Shown: positions 1 through 10,472, counted from the stretch's first letter. The stretch: 61,460 nucleotides of DNA from an uncultured Clostridia bacterium (GCA_947631265.1 CANRKQ010000001.1:1-61460); one strand, 5' to 3'. The notes: generated from the sequence alone by a model not told the origin. Numbers and translations are program-made.

Positions 1-976
1 AGCACTCCAGAGTTCTTACAGGAATATCAAGCGTTCTGAAGAAATCAACGGTATTATGATAGAGCTTTTCAAACCAGCTCATGCTCTCCTCAGGCTTGCA
101 GACAACTATCATCTCCTGCTTTTCAAACTGGTGAATACGATACACTCCTCTTTCCTCAATTCCGTGAGCGCCGACTTCTTTTCTGAAACACGGCGAATAG
201 CTTGTCAATGTCTTAGGAAGTTCATCTTCTTTAAGAATAGTATCGATAAACTTTCCTATCATTGAATGTTCGCTTGTTCCGATAAGATAAAGGTCCTCGC
301 CCTCGATCTTATACATCATACCCTCCATTTCAGCAAACGACATTACTCCTGTAACAACGCTGCTCCTTATCATAAATGGAGGAATATAGTATGTGAAACC
401 CCTGTCTATCATAAAATCCCTTGCATATGAAAGTATCGCCGAGTGAAGTCTCGCAATATCTCCGCAAAGATAATAAAATCCGTTTCCTGAGGTCTTTCTC
501 GCGCTGTCTATATCTATTCCGTTTAGCTTTTCCATAATGTCAACGTGATACGGCACTTCAAAGTCAGGGACGAGAGGCTCGCCAAATCTCTCGACCTCGA
601 CATTTTCACTATCGTCTTTGCCGATAGGCACGCTTTCATCAATTATGTTGGGAATAACTAACATTCTTTCTCTTATCTGACGTGATAGCTCGTCCTCGCT
701 GCCCTCCAAAGCAGACAGCTCGTTATTTATCTCTCCTACCTGCGCTTTTACCCTCTCTGCTTCTTCCTTTTCACCCTTTGCCATAAGTCCTCCAATTTGC
801 TTGCTTATCTTGTTCCTCTGACTTCTTAGATTGTCGCAGCGTGTTTTTGCAGCTCTGTACTTTTCATCTAACTCGATAACCTCGTCTACTAGCGCGATCT
901 TTTCGTTCTGAAACTTCTTTTTTATATTTTCTTTTACAATTTCTGGATTCTCTCTTAAGAATTTAATGTCTAACAT
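1..976 (-). CDS. serS: seryl-tRNA synthetase, N-terminal ~325 codons (3' end runs off the window edge)
   Basis: Own translation from the ATG at 974-976 (minus strand) gives MLDIKFLRENPEIVKENIKKKFQ..., a coiled-coil arm, then GTSEHS...SPCFRKEVGAHG...RIHQFEKQE class II SerS motifs. The frame stays open to position 2. It is absent from the ORF track because there is no stop inside the window. Confidence 0.85.
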   Translation of the reverse strand, partial: MLDIKFLRENPEIVKENIKKKFQNEKIALVDEVIELDEKYRAAKTRCDNLRSQRNKISKQIGGLMAKGEKEEAERVKAQVGEINNELSALEGSEDELSRQIRERMLVIPNIIDESVPIGKDDSENVEVERFGEPLVPDFEVPYHVDIMEKLNGIDIDSARKTSGNGFYYLCGDIARLHSAILSYARDFMIDRGFTYYIPPFMIRSSVVTGVMSFAEMEGMMYKIEGEDLYLIGTSEHSMIGKFIDTILKEDELPKTLTSYSPCFRKEVGAHGIEERGVYRIHQFEKQEMIVVCKPEESMSWFEKLYHNTVDFFRTLDIPVRTLEC

Positions 977-1000
977 AAAAATATTCTCCTTGATTCTGAT

Positions 1001-1870
1001 TTACTTTTCAAGATTAGCTGAGCAGTTTTTAACAAACTCATCAAGCTCGTCTTTGTTTTTTATCTTTATTTTAATAGTATAGCTGCCGTCAGCCTTAGCC
1101 GAGACCTCTGTTTTCTGCCCAAACGCTGACTGCAATGCCGCCTCTAGCTCTGTTGCATAGGTGTTTTCAACGCGAATTGACGCTTTTGACCTTCTTGACT
1201 TTTTCTCACCCATAGCAATAATTTTTTCAAGCTGTCTTACCGAAAGTCTGTTTAATGCTGTTTTCTTAGCAAGCTCCTGTCTTAGTCTTAAATCATCAAC
1301 GCCAGCCAATGCCTTTGCGTGACCTGCTGTCAAGTCGCCTTTTTTTAACATTGTTTGCGTTTCATCATCTAGTTTCAGTAACCGCAGGGAATTCGCAATA
1401 GCAGGACGTGACTTTCCAATAGCCTTAGCTACCTGCTCCTGAGTCATACTGAATTTGCTCATCAGCTTTTCGTAACCTAAAGCCTCCTCAATCGGATTCA
1501 AATCTTCACGCTGCAAATTCTCTATCAATGCGACCTGCATTGTATCAAAGTCACTCAGTTCCTTTATCAATACAGGGACCTCGCTCAACCCTGCCATTCT
1601 TGCGGCTCTCCATCTTCGCTCGCCTGCCACTATCTGATAACCGCCTGTGGGAATTGGTCTTACGAGAATCGGCTGTAAGACCCCGTGCTGACGAATAGAA
1701 TCAGCAAGACTTAATATTGCCGAATCATCAAACTCTGTTCTCGGCTGTGATTTATTCGGCTCAATCTCCGAAATTCTCAGGGTATTTGCTGCTGAAGACG
1801 ACGCTGCTATCTCATCATCACCCTCAAAAAATAGAGCGTCCATACCCTTTCCAAGCCTTTTTTTAGCCAT
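1001..1870 (-). CDS. parB: chromosome partitioning protein ParB/Spo0J
   Basis: ParB box GERRWRAA, an HTH region, and position next to soj and the parS sites. Confidence 0.9.
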   Translation of the reverse strand: MAKKRLGKGMDALFFEGDDEIAASSSAANTLRISEIEPNKSQPRTEFDDSAILSLADSIRQHGVLQPILVRPIPTGGYQIVAGERRWRAARMAGLSEVPVLIKELSDFDTMQVALIENLQREDLNPIEEALGYEKLMSKFSMTQEQVAKAIGKSRPAIANSLRLLKLDDETQTMLKKGDLTAGHAKALAGVDDLRLRQELAKKTALNRLSVRQLEKIIAMGEKKSRRSKASIRVENTYATELEAALQSAFGQKTEVSAKADGSYTIKIKIKNKDELDEFVKNCSANLEK

Positions 1871-1961
1871 ATTTCCTCCTTATCTGCTGCCTTTAATTTT
1901 AAACAATCTTTTTTCTCTTTCCCTAACAAATTGATACCCATAGAATTGTAAATAGTCTTAC

Positions 1962-2741
1962 TCATTCTTTTTTCCTTTTTTTCTGCCTTTTCAAAAACTC
2001 ATCAGCGAACTCCTCATAAGCCTTTGCGCCTTTGCACTTCGGGTTGTAATACATCACCGGCTGACCAAAGCTCGGCGCCTCCGAAATTGAAATGTTTCTG
2101 GGAATAACCGTTTTATATACCATCTTAGGGAAGTGCTTTTTAACCTCGTCGACAACCTGCGCCGTGAGATTATACCTTTTCACATACATAGTAAAAAGTA
2201 TTCCGTCGATAATTATATTTGAATTAAGGCTTTTTTGAACCCTCTTGATAGCCTCTGTCAACTCAACAAGACCCTCAAGCGACAAAAACTCACACTGTAT
2301 CGGAATAATAACGCTGTCACAAGCCGCAAGAGCGTTAATTGTAATCAAATCCAGAGTAGGAGGGCAATCGATAAAAATATAATCATAATCGTCTTTTACG
2401 GTTAATATCTGCATTTTAAGTCTTAGCGAACGCCTGTCCAGATCCAAAAACTCAACAGCCGCTCCGGAAAGCGTCTGCGTTGCGGGGACGACAGACACAC
2501 CTCTGAAATTCGTTGCAACAATAGCCTCTATCATACGGCAATTACCTATGACCGCCTCATAAACCGTATTTCTTATGCGTTTTTTTTCAATTCCAAAGCT
2601 GGTTGTAGTATTCCCTTGAGGGTCAAAATCTATAACAAGAACCTTCTTACCCTTTAATCCAAGCGCGGCGGCCAAGTTCACCGCTGTAGTTGACTTGCCC
2701 ACGCCGCCCTTCTGATTGGAAACAGCAATTATCTTCCCCAT
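1962..2741 (-). CDS. soj: ParA/Soj chromosome partitioning ATPase
   Basis: Deviant Walker A motif NQKGGVGKSTTAVNLA. Canonical soj-parB pair. Confidence 0.92.
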   Translation of the reverse strand: MGKIIAVSNQKGGVGKSTTAVNLAAALGLKGKKVLVIDFDPQGNTTTSFGIEKKRIRNTVYEAVIGNCRMIEAIVATNFRGVSVVPATQTLSGAAVEFLDLDRRSLRLKMQILTVKDDYDYIFIDCPPTLDLITINALAACDSVIIPIQCEFLSLEGLVELTEAIKRVQKSLNSNIIIDGILFTMYVKRYNLTAQVVDEVKKHFPKMVYKTVIPRNISISEAPSFGQPVMYYNPKCKGAKAYEEFADEFLKRQKKRKKE

Positions 2742-2854
2742 TATTTATCCTTTCCTTAATCAATAGTTCTCATAAAGAAAAAAGTTAAGCCGAAATATCT
2801 CGACTTAACTATTATAACAATGTTTGTATATTTTTGCAAGGTGTAATTTTAAAA

Positions 2855-2870
2855 TGTTTCACGTGAAACA
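2855..2870. promoter_or_regulatory. parS centromere-like site (TGTTTCACGTGAAACA, perfect palindrome)
   Basis: Exact match to the Firmicute parS consensus TGTTNCACGTGAAACA, in the soj-noc intergenic region. Confidence 0.85.
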
Positions 2871-2888
2871 TTAAGTATAAAAACAGCT

Positions 2889-2904
2889 TGTTTCACGTGG
2901 AACA
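2889..2904. promoter_or_regulatory. parS centromere-like site (TGTTTCACGTGGAACA)
   Basis: Second consensus-type parS, 34 nt from the first. Confidence 0.85.
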
Positions 2905-2910
2905 TTTTAA

Positions 2911-3741
2911 TTAAAAATTAAAGGAGTTGTTCTCGTTTATCGGAATAGTAATTGTGTATGTAATTTCATTTTCTGTCTGAGTTTTGCGAGAATTTGCCTC
3001 AACGCCCGAAAGCCGCATAACCTCGATCGCCTTATTTATAGTGTTCACAAAAAGTCTTACGTCCTTTAAAACGGGAGAGCGTTTTTTATAAGACTCTTTT
3101 TTCTGCCTTCCCTCTAAAAGCTTTGAAATATATGCCTCGGTCATCTCAACATTAAGCTTGTACTTGTGTATTCGCTCAAGTACGTCTACTCTGTCGCTCT
3201 TTGATTTGAGCCTTAGCAACGCGCGGGCATGCCTTTCGCTTAGCCCCATATCCATAATTACCTGCTGTTCGTCGCCGGGAATTTTTAAAAGCCTCAGCTT
3301 GTTTGCCACAGTAGACTGTGCTATCCCCAAACGTATTGCCGCGTCCTCCTGCGTCATTCCGTAAACAGTTATCAACGACTGAATAGCGCTTGCCTCCTCA
3401 AAAAAAGATAAGTCTTCTCTCTGAATGTTCTCAACCAGCGCCATAAGTGCCGAATTTCTCTCAGTCATATTGACAATAATGCACGGAACAGTCTTCAAAC
3501 CTGCGATTTTTGCTGCCCTGAGCCTGCGCTCGCCCGAAACAAGCTGATATTCACCGTCGTTTATTCTGATAATCAGCGGCTGCAAAATTCCCTCCTGAGA
3601 AATGCTTTTCGCCAGCTTGGTAAGCTCGTCCGAGTAAAATCGTTTTCTCGGCTGACTGGGGTTGGGCTTTATCAGAGAAACGCCTATTTCAAGAACCTTA
3701 TTGATTTCTTTTTCTCTTTGTTTTGTCGCAAAGTTAACCAT
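2911..3741 (-). CDS. noc: ParB-family paralogue, Noc-like nucleoid occlusion protein
   Basis: ParB box SGERRLRAAK plus an HTH. Sits at the usual noc position between rsmG and soj. Confidence 0.65.
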   Translation of the reverse strand: MVNFATKQREKEINKVLEIGVSLIKPNPSQPRKRFYSDELTKLAKSISQEGILQPLIIRINDGEYQLVSGERRLRAAKIAGLKTVPCIIVNMTERNSALMALVENIQREDLSFFEEASAIQSLITVYGMTQEDAAIRLGIAQSTVANKLRLLKIPGDEQQVIMDMGLSERHARALLRLKSKSDRVDVLERIHKYKLNVEMTEAYISKLLEGRQKKESYKKRSPVLKDVRLFVNTINKAIEVMRLSGVEANSRKTQTENEITYTITIPINENNSFNF

Positions 3742-3888
3742 TTTTATATCCTCCCAAAGCGAATCTTTTACGCTCCGCTTATCTCTTTTCTACACAACAA
3801 TATTGTAGCATTAAGTATGCGTTATTTCCAGAGGTTTTCATCGTTAACATACGACAAAAGCCGTCTGTAATTTACCAAATCAAGTAAA

Positions 3889-4602
3889 TTATAACGGCTT
3901 TTTTGTCATCTGACCTTTATTTCTGGGATATTTTCTCGCTGTTTGCGATATTTTTTTAACTGCAACTAACGTTCGGCTATCTCCGTTTGGAAGAGTATAA
4001 TCTATGATCCTGTCAATTTTTCCGCCTAAGACGTTAATTGCGTTCTTTGCAGCATTGATTTCTTCATCGCTGTTTTTGCCTTTCAATGCTAAAAAATATC
4101 CTCCGACTTTTACAAAAGGCAGACAATACTCGCACAATGCGGGAAGATATGCAACCGCCCTTGCAGTTGCTATATTAAAGCTCTCCCTATAGTTCTCATT
4201 ATGAGCAACATCTTCTGCTCTTCCGTGAATACACTCGGCATTCAGACCTAGCTCGTCTGATAGGGCTTTTAAAAAATTTATACGCTTGTTTAAGCTGTCA
4301 AGCAATGTGATTTGTAGGTCGTTTCTGAAAATCTTCAAAGGGCAGGAGGGAAACCCCGCCCCTGTGCCAACATCTATGATCCTTGCTCCTACACTTATTT
4401 TAAAAAGAGAAAAGGGAAGAACGCTGTCTAAAAAATGCTTTATAGAAATGTCATCGGGAGATAATATCGCAGTAAGATTAACTTTTTCGTTCCATTCTAT
4501 CAGCATTTCAGAATACTTTTCCAGTTTTTGATATTGTTCGTCATTCACAGACAGTTGTACGCTGCTAAAAAGCTGTTCCAACTTAGATTTTTCTAATATC
4601 AT
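3889..4602 (-). CDS. rsmG: 16S rRNA (guanine527-N7)-methyltransferase RsmG/GidB
   Basis: SAM motif DVGTGAGFP. I moved the start to Met32 (MILEKSKLEQ) so the gene no longer overlaps the mnmG 3' end. Confidence 0.9.
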   Translation of the reverse strand: MILEKSKLEQLFSSVQLSVNDEQYQKLEKYSEMLIEWNEKVNLTAILSPDDISIKHFLDSVLPFSLFKISVGARIIDVGTGAGFPSCPLKIFRNDLQITLLDSLNKRINFLKALSDELGLNAECIHGRAEDVAHNENYRESFNIATARAVAYLPALCEYCLPFVKVGGYFLALKGKNSDEEINAAKNAINVLGGKIDRIIDYTLPNGDSRTLVAVKKISQTARKYPRNKGQMTKKPL

Positions 4603-4642
4603 TGCTATTAAGGTCCTTTCTGACAGTATTTCTGGTTTTCGC

Positions 4643-6514
4643 TTATTTATAATTTTTTCGGTTTTGTTCAAGCCACACCAGAAGTACTGAAACATCGGCA
4701 GGATTTACCCCTGAAATACGGCTTGCCTGACCGACACTCAGCGGCTTTATTTTATTTAACTTTTCGATTGCCTCAAGTCTAAGCCCCCGAATTTGCGAGT
4801 AATCGACATCGCGCGGCAAAGACTTTTTCTCCAGCTTTCTCATCTGTTCGACCTGTTCCATCTGAATTTTAATATACCCCTCATATTTTATCGACAAATC
4901 CACCTGCTCGCGAACCTCTTTTGATAGGGCAGGGCGATTCTTATCCAGAAAATCAGTACCGTCATACGAGCATTGAGGACGTCTTATTATCTGAGCGAGC
5001 TTTGCTCCTGTCTGCAAGGGCTCTGTACCGCACATTTCTAAGTATTCGTTTGCTTCTTTGGGAGAAATATTTACACTCCAAAGACGTTTAACTTCCGTCT
5101 CTATCTGCGAAACCTTTTCTAAGAGCCGGTCATAGCGCTCTTTGCTTATCAAGCCGACCTCATAGCCTATCGGAGTAAGCCTCTGATCCGCGTTATCCTG
5201 CCGCAGCAAAAGACGGTATTCACTTCTTGACGTCAACATTCGGTAGGGATCCATACAGCCTTTTGTCACAAGATCGTCTATAAGAGTACCGATATAAGAG
5301 CTTGCACGGTCGAGAACGATCCCGTCTTCACCCGAAATTTTTCTGAATGCGTTTATTCCAGCAATAAGCCCCTGCGCAGCTGCCTCCTCGTACCCCGACG
5401 TACCGTTAAACTGTCCGGCACCAAAAAGACCCGAAATCTGTTTAAACTCAAGAGTAGGGAGAAGTTCAGTCGGATCGCAGCAGTCATATTCGATAGCATA
5501 GGCGTTTCGCATAATTTCCACATTTTCAAGACCCTCGATTGTTCTTAAAAATTCAATCTGAACGTCTTCGGGAAGCGACGTTGACATACCCTGCAAATAA
5601 TATTCGTCGGTATTTAATCCCATAGGCTCAATAAAAAGCTGATGACGGGGTTTGTCGGAAAATCTCATTATTTTATCCTCAATCGAGGGACAATACCTAG
5701 GTCCTATGCCCTCGATCTGACCGCCGTACATTGCCGAACGCTTTATATTGTCAAGAATTACCTTGTGCGTCTTTTCATTAGTATACGCAATATAACAGGA
5801 TACCTTATTTTCAAGCTTATCGTGATTATCAAAAGAAAACGGAACAATTTCGTCATCGCCGTTTTGTTTCTGTAGCTTGTCAAAATTTATCGAACGGCGG
5901 TGAACACGCGCCGGAGTACCCGTCTTAAACCTTCTGAGTGTAATTCCTGCTTTCTTTAAGCTGTCTGACAGAAAATTAGCGGGCGATACAGCGTCAGGAC
6001 CGCTTTCGTATGAGCTTTCTCCAACAAAAACCCTGCCTTTGAGATATGTTCCCGAACAGATTATAACAGCCCTAGCTGAAAATTCGCTGCCTATTCTTGT
6101 TTTAATTCCGGTAACCTTTCCGTTTTCAGATAGAATTTTAACGACCTCTCCCTGTTTTAAATCGAGGTTTTCACAGCTTTCCACAGTCTTTTTCATATAC
6201 TCATGATAGCGTGTTCTGTCCGCCTGAACTCTCAGACTGTGGACAGCAGGTCCGCGACCGCGGTTTAATATACGGCTCTGCAAAAAAGTTGCGTCAGCTG
6301 CCTTTCCCATTTCTCCGCCGAGAGCGTCAATTTCGCGCACCAGATGCCCCTTAGCTGTTCCTCCAATTGACGGATTGCACGGCATATTTGCCAACGCGTC
6401 AAGAGTAAGCGTAAAAAGTGCGGTTTTTGCTCCCAGACGTGCCGAGGCAAGCGCAGCCTCACACCCGGCATGACCGGCGCCGACAACTATTATATCATAA
6501 TTTTCAATAAACAT
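4643..6514 (-). CDS. mnmG: tRNA uridine 5-carboxymethylaminomethyl modification enzyme MnmG/GidA
   Basis: N-terminal FAD fold [15 protein letters not shown], 623 aa, conserved synteny. Confidence 0.95.
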   Translation of the reverse strand: MFIENYDIIVVGAGHAGCEAALASARLGAKTALFTLTLDALANMPCNPSIGGTAKGHLVREIDALGGEMGKAADATFLQSRILNRGRGPAVHSLRVQADRTRYHEYMKKTVESCENLDLKQGEVVKILSENGKVTGIKTRIGSEFSARAVIICSGTYLKGRVFVGESSYESGPDAVSPANFLSDSLKKAGITLRRFKTGTPARVHRRSINFDKLQKQNGDDEIVPFSFDNHDKLENKVSCYIAYTNEKTHKVILDNIKRSAMYGGQIEGIGPRYCPSIEDKIMRFSDKPRHQLFIEPMGLNTDEYYLQGMSTSLPEDVQIEFLRTIEGLENVEIMRNAYAIEYDCCDPTELLPTLEFKQISGLFGAGQFNGTSGYEEAAAQGLIAGINAFRKISGEDGIVLDRASSYIGTLIDDLVTKGCMDPYRMLTSRSEYRLLLRQDNADQRLTPIGYEVGLISKERYDRLLEKVSQIETEVKRLWSVNISPKEANEYLEMCGTEPLQTGAKLAQIIRRPQCSYDGTDFLDKNRPALSKEVREQVDLSIKYEGYIKIQMEQVEQMRKLEKKSLPRDVDYSQIRGLRLEAIEKLNKIKPLSVGQASRISGVNPADVSVLLVWLEQNRKNYK

Positions 6515-6533
6515 AAGCTACCTCTGTATTCTG

Positions 6534-7895
6534 TTATTTTCCCACACAGAAATTATGGAAAACCTGCTCTACAACAGTTTCTGTGACTTTTTCTCCTGTA
6601 AGCTCCAGTAAATAATCGCACGCTTTTGATACAGTTACAGTTACTGCGTCAAGCGTTTCGCCAAAACTCAGAGCATTGATCGCAAGCTCTAAGTTATTTT
6701 TGGCTTTTTCAACACAATTCTTCTGTCTCTCGTTTGCAAAAACGGTTGTGTCGGAGTTTAAGCTATCAAGCTTAAACAGAGATAAAACCGCATTCTCCAA
6801 ATCCTCTTTACCCAACTGCTCCTTTGCAGAAACATAAACAACAGGCTTATTATAGAGTGCAAAATCTTCAGCCGAAAGCTTTGACTGTAGGTCGGTTTTG
6901 TTCAAAACGATTATGCATTGCTTATCCCTGATTTCTTCCAAAAGATTACGATCCTCGCTATTTAAGTTCTCGCTTGCGTCAAAAACCGCTATGATAAGCC
7001 TTGCATTCTCAAGTTTTTTCTTAGCCAAATCAACACCCATACTTTCAACTATATCGTCAGTTTTTCTAATTCCCGCTGTGTCAGACAATTTCAGAATTAT
7101 GTCACCGAGCCTAGCCGATTCCTCAATGACATCTCGTGTAGTGCCGGCTATATCAGTTACAATTGAACGGTCAAAACCCAGCAGCATATTCATCAAAGAT
7201 GATTTTCCGACATTTGCTTTTCCGACAATCGCCGTATCAATACCCTCACGGAAAATCAAGCCGTTATCATAATCGCGAAGAATCTTATCCAACTGCGTTA
7301 GAACGTTGTTAAGAGATTGTGTTAATACATCATTTTCGACCGAAGGCAGATCCTCCTCAGGGTAATCGACCCACGCGGCAAGTTCAGAAAGGATTCTGAC
7401 CAGCTCATCTGCAGCGCCTTTTATCTTTTTGAACATCATACCTTCTCTGGCAAGGTTTGCGCTGTTTAACGCCTGTTTACCCTCCGCTGAAATAACGTCC
7501 ATTACTGCCTCTGCCTGAGTAAGAGAAAGCTTTCCGTTTAAAAATGCCCGCTTTGTAAATTCTCCCGGATCTGCAAGCTCAGCTCCGCTTGCTAAACAGG
7601 CTCTTAAAACCTCTTTTGTGACAAATATTCCTCCGTGGCAGGATATCTCTGCAACATTTTCTCCCGTATAGCTTTTGGGAGCAAGAAAAACCGTCAGTAC
7701 TGCGTCGTCGATGGTTTTTCCGTCGAAAATTATTTTTCCGTATGCACAGGTATGTCCGCCCATCTGAGAAACCGGCTTGCCTGATAAGGGAAAGAAGATC
7801 TTTTCTGCAATTTTTACAGCGTTGTTTCCGCTTATTCTTATAACTGATATCCCTCCTACCGCATCAGGAGTTGATATTGCACAAATCGTACTCAT
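6534..7895 (-). CDS. mnmE: tRNA modification GTPase MnmE/TrmE
   Basis: G-domain GKANVGKSSLMN and DTAG, with the C-terminal CVGK motif. Confidence 0.95.
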   Translation of the reverse strand: MSTICAISTPDAVGGISVIRISGNNAVKIAEKIFFPLSGKPVSQMGGHTCAYGKIIFDGKTIDDAVLTVFLAPKSYTGENVAEISCHGGIFVTKEVLRACLASGAELADPGEFTKRAFLNGKLSLTQAEAVMDVISAEGKQALNSANLAREGMMFKKIKGAADELVRILSELAAWVDYPEEDLPSVENDVLTQSLNNVLTQLDKILRDYDNGLIFREGIDTAIVGKANVGKSSLMNMLLGFDRSIVTDIAGTTRDVIEESARLGDIILKLSDTAGIRKTDDIVESMGVDLAKKKLENARLIIAVFDASENLNSEDRNLLEEIRDKQCIIVLNKTDLQSKLSAEDFALYNKPVVYVSAKEQLGKEDLENAVLSLFKLDSLNSDTTVFANERQKNCVEKAKNNLELAINALSFGETLDAVTVTVSKACDYLLELTGEKVTETVVEQVFHNFCVGK

Positions 7896-8017
7896 TATAG
7901 TTCCTCCGCTAAAACAAACTATGCTCAGACAGCATACTTACAAAAAATGCCGCCTGTCGTTTCAAAGCTTAAAATAGGGGACAGACCTGCAAAGAGAGAT
8001 CCGCCCCCAAAAGTTAA

Positions 8018-8782
8018 TTACAAATCAATTTTTGTGTAAAGTCCGCTTGATCCCATTTCGTCCTCAGGCTTTGGTTTTTTGTATTCCTTTTCAAACGAGC
8101 TTACTATATCATAGCCTTTTTTATTGTTGTTTGAACGTCTGTTTCTTCTCTTATTGTCATATTTCCTCTTTTCTGTAGATCTGACAATTACTCTTCTGTA
8201 AGGCTCCTCACCCTTTGAACGGGAGGTCACTCCCTCTATATCGGTAATTACCGAGTGAATAATTCTTCTTTCATAAGGATTCATTGGCTCCAAAGAAGTT
8301 GTTCTTCCGTTTTTCTTCACATTGTTTCCTATCCTTCTGGCAAGACGCTCAAGCTGAGCCTTTCTCCTTTCTCTGAAACCGTTGCAGTCCAATGAAATTC
8401 TATAATAATCTCTGTCTATTCTGTTGCATACCAAAGATGAAAGATACTGAAGAGAATCTAAAACCTCGCCTTTTTTGCCTATTATTTTTTCCACATTATC
8501 CCCAGATATGTCTAAAACCGCACCGTTTTCGTCTTCATTGATATCAATAGAAACCTCGTAACCCATTTTAGAAAATACATTTTTAATATAGCTTGCAGCA
8601 AGCTGAGGTTTAGTTTCTTCAAAAGTAGCCTCTACCTTAGCTAATCCCTTAACCTTTCCGAACAGAGATTTCTTTGGCTCTTCCAACACCACAAACTGAA
8701 TTTGCTCCTGTGAAACTCCGAACTCGGTTTCAGCAAGAGACTTTGCCTCTTCTATGGTTTTCGCTGTAAATGTTTTAGTCAT
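8018..8782 (-). CDS. jag: Jag/KhpB RNA-binding protein (KH + R3H)
   Basis: Jag_N, KH (IIGKKGEVLDSLQ) and R3H (ERRIIH) elements, located downstream of yidC. Confidence 0.85.
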   Translation of the reverse strand: MTKTFTAKTIEEAKSLAETEFGVSQEQIQFVVLEEPKKSLFGKVKGLAKVEATFEETKPQLAASYIKNVFSKMGYEVSIDINEDENGAVLDISGDNVEKIIGKKGEVLDSLQYLSSLVCNRIDRDYYRISLDCNGFRERRKAQLERLARRIGNNVKKNGRTTSLEPMNPYERRIIHSVITDIEGVTSRSKGEEPYRRVIVRSTEKRKYDNKRRNRRSNNNKKGYDIVSSFEKEYKKPKPEDEMGSSGLYTKIDL

Positions 8783-8819
8783 AATATTTTTCTCCTTCTT
8801 TCAATTATATAAACATAAT

Positions 8820-10163
8820 TTAATCTTCAATATATTCATCGCCATACTTTTCAGCCATTCTTTTTCTTGCCTCCTGAAGTCTTTTCAATTCGGCTTGCTT
8901 TCTTTCTGACTTTGTCATCTTTCTGTCTTCATCTTCAGTATCGGCTTTTGCAGGTCTCTGAACGTTAGCCGTACCGTTTTGGTTCTGCTGCATTTCAAGA
9001 GCTCTCTGATAAAACCCTTTTTTCTTCTTTTTCTTAGCGTCCTTCTTTGCCATTTTCTCGACCTTTTCAGGAGTATATATCTTATTGAGAATAATCGTCT
9101 GAATAAGAGAATAGAAAGAAGTAAGCGTCCAGTATAGACCTAAACCTACAGGAAATCTGAATGCAATATAAAAAGAGAATAACGGCATAATGTACAACAT
9201 AAGATTCATACCGCGTCCTGTGGTATTGGCTGTAGGATTATTCTTTTTCTGATAACGCTGCGAAATAAACGTCAGGATTAGCTGGAATAAAAATGAGCTT
9301 ACCGGGATCAACAGATAAAGAGAGGTCCAACTAGGCATTTCGCTCAGAGGGATTCCAAAGAAAGTATAGTCTATTCTTTTCAGTTCCTTGCTGATATCCT
9401 CATCAACAACGTCAAACATCTGTCCGTAACCGTTGTCTGATATTTTAAACATCAAAAGCTGCGGACGTGTATAAAGCTGACTTGACAGCTTTTTGTTATC
9501 TAATAAAAATTCTGTAAATTCCTTACTATCAGGAAAATATTCAGAAAAAACCCTTTCAACGTTTTCAAGTGACTTTTTATAATCATCAGCAGAGCTCTTT
9601 ACTTTGACGTTGTTAATCTTTTCTCCGTCTTCTAAAACCTTCTCTTTGAAAATATTATTCTTTTCACTTTCTGTAAGCTCACTGTAGGTTTTACCTGTTT
9701 CATCTATCTTATGTGCAATAATTATAGTATCGGTAACAAGGTTTTCAGCGTCGGTTATATTTTCGCTTGCAGTGCTTGTAAGACTGAACGAATTTCCGTC
9801 AATATTAGAAACATATTTTAACGGAGCATACACCACCCCGATAATGGAAAACAGAATTACCATAGTAATTATCATCGGCAGGCAGCTTCCCATTGGGTTT
9901 ACGCCCTCTTCAGAATAAAGTTTCATCAACTCTTCCTGATACTTTTCTTTATTATTGGCGTATTTATTTTGTAGTTTTTTCAGCTGAGGCTGGAATTTAG
10001 CCATTCTTGCTACATTTTTCTGCTGTTTAATCTGAAACGGTACAGTTATAAGTTTAATTATAAGAGTGAAAATAATCAGCGCTAAACCATAGTTATTGAA
10101 TATTATATAGCATAGCTTCATCAGATATCCAAGTAATGGTGTAATTAATGGAATATTCCACAT
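8820..10163 (-). CDS. yidC: YidC/Oxa1 family membrane insertase with a large inserted extracytoplasmic loop
   Basis: YidC core elements present: TM1, C1 loop KFQPQLKKLQNKY...GVNPMGSCLP, and C-terminal TMs with GLGLYW. 447 aa, with a basic tail. Confidence 0.85.
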   Translation of the reverse strand: MWNIPLITPLLGYLMKLCYIIFNNYGLALIIFTLIIKLITVPFQIKQQKNVARMAKFQPQLKKLQNKYANNKEKYQEELMKLYSEEGVNPMGSCLPMIITMVILFSIIGVVYAPLKYVSNIDGNSFSLTSTASENITDAENLVTDTIIIAHKIDETGKTYSELTESEKNNIFKEKVLEDGEKINNVKVKSSADDYKKSLENVERVFSEYFPDSKEFTEFLLDNKKLSSQLYTRPQLLMFKISDNGYGQMFDVVDEDISKELKRIDYTFFGIPLSEMPSWTSLYLLIPVSSFLFQLILTFISQRYQKKNNPTANTTGRGMNLMLYIMPLFSFYIAFRFPVGLGLYWTLTSFYSLIQTIILNKIYTPEKVEKMAKKDAKKKKKKGFYQRALEMQQNQNGTANVQRPAKADTEDEDRKMTKSERKQAELKRLQEARKRMAEKYGDEYIED

Positions 10164-10182
10164 AGGTTTGTCTCCTTTGTTT

Positions 10183-10428
10183 TTATTTTCCGTTTTTTAG
10201 TGAGTAAATACAAAAGCTTTCAGGAACATTATCTACTCCGCCCTTACTCCACGGATTGCACCTTAAAAGACGCCATACGGCTAAAATCAGTCCTTTTACC
10301 AAGCCGTGTTTTTTTAATGCACGCCTCGCGTATTCCGAACAAGTAGGATAATACTTACAGCAAGCCGGTTTGATCGGAGATATACACTTCTGATATATTA
10401 ATATCAAAAAATTTGAGATCTTTTTCAT
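10183..10428 (-). CDS. yidD: membrane protein insertion efficiency factor YidD
   Basis: Motif CKYYPTCSEYA...HG and conserved position between rnpA and yidC. Confidence 0.85.
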   Translation of the reverse strand: MKKISNFLILIYQKCISPIKPACCKYYPTCSEYARRALKKHGLVKGLILAVWRLLRCNPWSKGGVDNVPESFCIYSLKNGK

Positions 10429-10472
10429 AATTGATCCTGACTTATCCCTTATTTTTAAATATGCGCCGCTTT

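Noticed and set aside
56-265. 69-aa plus-strand ORF at the window start.
   Set aside because: It lies antisense within the clearly conserved serS reading frame.
4603-4695. N-terminal extensions of track ORFs. This applies to rsmG, rnpA, lexA, murC, rpsT, spoVG, the NUDIX gene, accB, fabD, gyrB, alr, the zinc-ribbon gene, the LRR gene and ptsI.
   Set aside because: Internal start codons have proper RBS spacing and match the family N-termini. The longer forms overlap neighbouring genes or the RBS itself.
5642-7272. Antisense or alternate-frame ORFs inside mnmG and mnmE (5642-5875, 6265-6486, 6898-7272). Similar ones occur inside gyrB, gyrA, the fab/acc genes, ptsI, ydbT, the AGCS gene and the U32 gene.
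   Set aside because: Each is fully embedded in a gene with strong family signatures. None has an RBS, and their compositions are typical of shadow ORFs.
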